From an uncultured Acidobacteriota bacterium (GTDB taxonomy: Bacteria > Acidobacteriota > Thermoanaerobaculia > UBA5066 > Gp7-AA6): a stretch of 64,000 nucleotides of DNA. The notes beneath the pieces are model-generated. The model was not told the DNA's origin and made no database searches. It was given only the letters and a program-made list of their open reading frames with translations. The translations under genes were made by a program, and so were the position numbers. The stretch is from contig CAVTEW010000003.1 of NCBI GenBank assembly GCA_963733955.1, positions 3,104,037 through 3,168,036 on the forward strand. The letters run 5' to 3'. Shown here one piece after another: positions 61,535-64,000 of this stretch (position 1 is its first letter; each line of letters begins with the position of its first letter).

Positions 61535-62692
61535 TCACCGCGTCGCCTCCACCGCTTTGCGCGCGCCGTCGGCCAGGCCGTCGGCGGGCGTGATCTTCAA
61601 GCCCGATTCGCGCAGGATCTTCTTGCCCAGATCGACGTTGGTGCCTTCCAGGCGCACCACGACCGGCGTCGAGAGCCCCATCTCCTTGACCGCGGCGACC
61701 ACGCCGTTGGCGATGATGTCGCAGCGCATGATTCCGCCGAAGATGTTGATCAGGATCGCCTTCACGTTCTTGTCGGACAGGATGATCCGGAACGCGTTCT
61801 TGACCTGTTCCTCGTTGGCGCCGCCGCCCACGTCCAGGAAGTTGGCCGGCTCGCCGCCGGCCAGCTTGACCAGGTCCATGGTGGCCATGGCCAGGCCCGC
61901 GCCGTTGACCATGCAGCCGACGTTGCCGTCGAGCTTGATGTAGTTCAGGCCGAACTTGGAGGCTTCGACCTCCAGAGGGTCCTCTTCGTTCAGGTCGCGC
62001 ATCTCGCGGATCTCGGGATGACGAAAGAGCGCGTTGTCGTCGAAGGTCATCTTGGCGTCCAGGGCCAGGACGTCTCCCGACCTGGTGATGAGCAGCGGAT
62101 TGATCTCCGCCAGCGATGCGTCGGTGTCGGCGTAGGCCCGGAAAAGGGCTTGCATGAAGGCCGTCCCCTTGCGGAAGGTGTCGCCGGCGAGCGCGAGCGC
62201 GAAGGCGAGCTTGCGCGCCTGGAACGGGAACATCCCCAGGGCCGGATCGATCGCCTCGCGGACGATGGCGGAGGCGTCCCTGGCCGCCACCTCCTCGATC
62301 TCCATTCCTCCGAACCTCGAGACCATCATCGCGGGAAGCCCGCGGCTGCGGTCGAGGGTGATCCCCAGATACAGCTCGCGGTCGATGTCCAGGGCCTCCT
62401 CGACCAGGACCTTCTGGACCACCCGGCCGCCCGGTCCGGTCTGCGGCGTGACCAGCGTCATCCCCAGGATGGCCTTGGCCAGCGCCTCGGCCTCCGCGGG
62501 ATCCTTGGCCAGCTTGACGCCGCCGCCCTTGCCGCGCCCGCCGGCGTGGATCTGGGCCTTGACCACCGCGCGCCCGCCCAGGCGCTTGGCGATCTCCCGG
62601 GCCTCCGCGGGACTGTCGGTGACTTCTCCGCGCGGCACGGTCACGCCGTAGCGCGCGAGGATCGACTTGGCCTGGTATTCGTGAACCTTCAT
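61535..62692 (-). CDS. sucC: succinyl-CoA synthetase beta subunit
   Basis: 385 aa, ATP-grasp. [17 protein letters not shown]. Confidence 0.95.
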   Translation of the reverse strand: MKVHEYQAKSILARYGVTVPRGEVTDSPAEAREIAKRLGGRAVVKAQIHAGGRGKGGGVKLAKDPAEAEALAKAILGMTLVTPQTGPGGRVVQKVLVEEALDIDRELYLGITLDRSRGLPAMMVSRFGGMEIEEVAARDASAIVREAIDPALGMFPFQARKLAFALALAGDTFRKGTAFMQALFRAYADTDASLAEINPLLITRSGDVLALDAKMTFDDNALFRHPEIREMRDLNEEDPLEVEASKFGLNYIKLDGNVGCMVNGAGLAMATMDLVKLAGGEPANFLDVGGGANEEQVKNAFRIILSDKNVKAILINIFGGIMRCDIIANGVVAAVKEMGLSTPVVVRLEGTNVDLGKKILRESGLKITPADGLADGARKAVEATR

Positions 62693-62754
62693 GGAAGAGC
62701 GCGGATTATACCGGGCGTGCCCTCGAGGCTCCGTTCGGCTTCGAGAGACCTTTC

Positions 62755-62840
62755 GTGAGGGGTCAGGCGTAAGGCGTTAGGCGAAGCCTCCGCGCCTTCT
62801 GTCACGCCCTCTCCTCACGCCTCACGCCTTACGCCTTACG
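62755..62840. repeat. family-1 heptamer inverted-repeat element between sdhB and sucC
   Basis: gtgaggggtcaggcgtaaggcgttaggcgaag ... cctcacgcctcacgccttacgccttacg. The right arm contains the sdhB stop. Confidence 0.7.
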
Positions 62841-63582
62841 AGCCCAGCAGCTTCTTGAGCCCGTGCAGCGTGCAGGCCCGGTACATCTCGGCGATCGCCG
62901 TCGTCAGGGGGATCGACTTGGGGCAGGCCCGCACGCAGTTCTGCGCGTTGCCGCAGTCGTCCACGCCGCCGTCGCCCATGAGGGCCTCGATCCGCTCGGC
63001 CGCGTTCATCGCCCCGGTGGGATGGGTGTTGAAGAGGCGGGCCTGGGCGATGGCCGAGGCGCCGATGAAGTTGGACCGGTCGTTGACCTGCGGGCAGACG
63101 TCCAGGCAGTTGCCGCAGGTGATGCACTGGGAGAAGTGGTAGGCGATCTCCCGCTCCGGCTCGGGCAGGCGCGGCCCCGGGCCCAGGTCGTAGGTCCCGT
63201 CGATGGGGATCCACGCCTTGACGCGCTTCAACGCGTCGAACATCTGCTGGCGGTCGACGGCCAGGTCGCGCATCACCGGAAACTTGCCCATCGGTTCCAG
63301 GCGGATCGGCTGTTGGAGCCCGTCGATCAGCGCCGTGCAGGCCATCCGGGAGACCCCGTTGATGCGCATGGCGCAGGAGCCGCAGACCTCCTCCAGGCAG
63401 GCGCGGTCGTAGACGATGGGCGAGGTGGCCTTGCCCTGCGTGGTCCTGGGGTCCTTTTCGATCTGCATCAGGACCGAGATCACGTTCTGCCGCGGCTGGT
63501 AGGGAACCTCGAACTCTTCCCAGTAGGGGGAGGACGTGGGCGAGTCCTGGCGCTTGACGGAGAGGCGGATGGTGGAGGGCAT
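62836..63582 (-). CDS. sdhB: succinate dehydrogenase / fumarate reductase iron-sulfur subunit
   Basis: Start at MPSTIRLSVKRQ. 2Fe-2S (CLEEVCGSCAM) and 4Fe-4S (CITCGNCLDVCP, CVRACP) motifs. The upstream ORF extension MLRLTPHALRLT is heptamer translation. Confidence 0.9.
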   Translation of the reverse strand: MPSTIRLSVKRQDSPTSSPYWEEFEVPYQPRQNVISVLMQIEKDPRTTQGKATSPIVYDRACLEEVCGSCAMRINGVSRMACTALIDGLQQPIRLEPMGKFPVMRDLAVDRQQMFDALKRVKAWIPIDGTYDLGPGPRLPEPEREIAYHFSQCITCGNCLDVCPQVNDRSNFIGASAIAQARLFNTHPTGAMNAAERIEALMGDGGVDDCGNAQNCVRACPKSIPLTTAIAEMYRACTLHGLKKLLGS

Positions 63583-63593
63583 GGCGAACCTCG

Positions 63594-63676
63594 TTAGGCG
63601 TAAGGCGTGAGGGGTAAGGCGAAGCACGACGTTGTTTCCGTCATGCGCCTCACGCCTAACGCCTCACGCCTCACGT
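63594..63676. repeat. family-1 heptamer inverted-repeat element between sdhA and sdhB
   Basis: ttaggcgtaaggcgtgaggggtaaggcgaag ... cgcctcacgcctaacgcctcacgcctcacg. The right arm abuts the sdhA stop. Confidence 0.7.
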
Positions 63677-64000
63677 CAGTATTTCCTCGCCCGCGGCTTG
63701 ATCAACGAAACGTCCACCGGCCTGTAGGTGATCTTCGGACCGTCCGAAGTGTGCTCGGCGATGGTGGTCTTCAAGAAGTTGGCGTCGTCGCGCGGAAAGG
63801 CGTTCTCGTCGACGATGCCTTTGGACAGGTCCCTGACCTTGTAGTGCGCGCCGCGCGACTCGTCGCGCAGAAACGCCCCCCGGGTCATCACCCGCGCGAT
63901 GACCAGCATGTTGCGCAGCTGGTTGACGAAGGACAGCTCGCGGTTGCCGTAGGTCGAGCGGTCGGTCAGGCCGACGCGGTTCCAGCGGTCGGAGAGCTCG
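63676..64000 (-). CDS. sdhA: succinate dehydrogenase flavoprotein subunit, C-terminal fragment (continues past window end)
   Basis: RDESRGAHY...DDANFLKTT and C-terminal ...PRARKY are typical of the SdhA/FrdA C-terminus. The reading frame is open to position 64000. Confidence 0.8.
   Translation of the reverse strand, partial: ELSDRWNRVGLTDRSTYGNRELSFVNQLRNMLVIARVMTRGAFLRDESRGAHYKVRDLSKGIVDENAFPRDDANFLKTTIAEHTSDGPKITYRPVDVSLIKPRARKY

Overview
This is a high-GC (~70%) chromosomal window with an Acidobacteria-like gene set. It contains two TonB-dependent receptors with a carboxypeptidase-regulatory-like N-terminus, two VWA-domain proteins of the acidobacterial type and two tandem GWxTD-domain proteins. 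The first ~26 kb and 49-53 kb are dominated by phosphate-acquisition and polyphosphate genes. These are a pstC start, pstS, a phosphate-porin-like barrel, a secreted PhoX-like beta-propeller, ppk1, ppx with a divergent CHAD gene, phoU, a 5'-nucleotidase, an AlkP-superfamily phosphodiesterase, a PsiE-like protein, two PHP phosphoesterases and a GT21-like glycosyltransferase. An RsbU/RsbV/RsbW-type partner-switching module lies divergent to the porin-pstS operon. The 3' third holds a dnaK-hsp20-hspR heat-shock operon, the envC-ctpA-yibQ envelope cluster, lpxL with a GT39-like membrane protein, rluA, ompA, trmJ, and ndk-sucD-sucC-sdhB-sdhA on the minus strand. The most striking non-genic signal is a family of intergenic tandem heptamer arrays at more than 11 loci. 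The units are CGCCTCA/TGAGGCG, GATTTGT/ACAAATC and GTCCTAC. They are usually arranged as two inverted arrays around a 20-45 bp spacer, so they can fold into long imperfect hairpins. They fill the junctions between sdhA, sdhB, sucC, sucD, ndk and trmJ, and flank phoU. Other features are rare AT-rich islands carrying ACAAT-N6-ATTGT palindromes, a TAGAAT -10 hexamer 7-11 nt upstream of several start codons (leaderless-mRNA candidates), an orphan methylmalonyl-CoA-mutase catalytic domain, and a DUF1844/TPR-zinc-ribbon/DUF4388 operon with a second DUF4388-HDOD gene. No rRNA, tRNA or CRISPR array was recognised; tRNAs were not scanned exhaustively.
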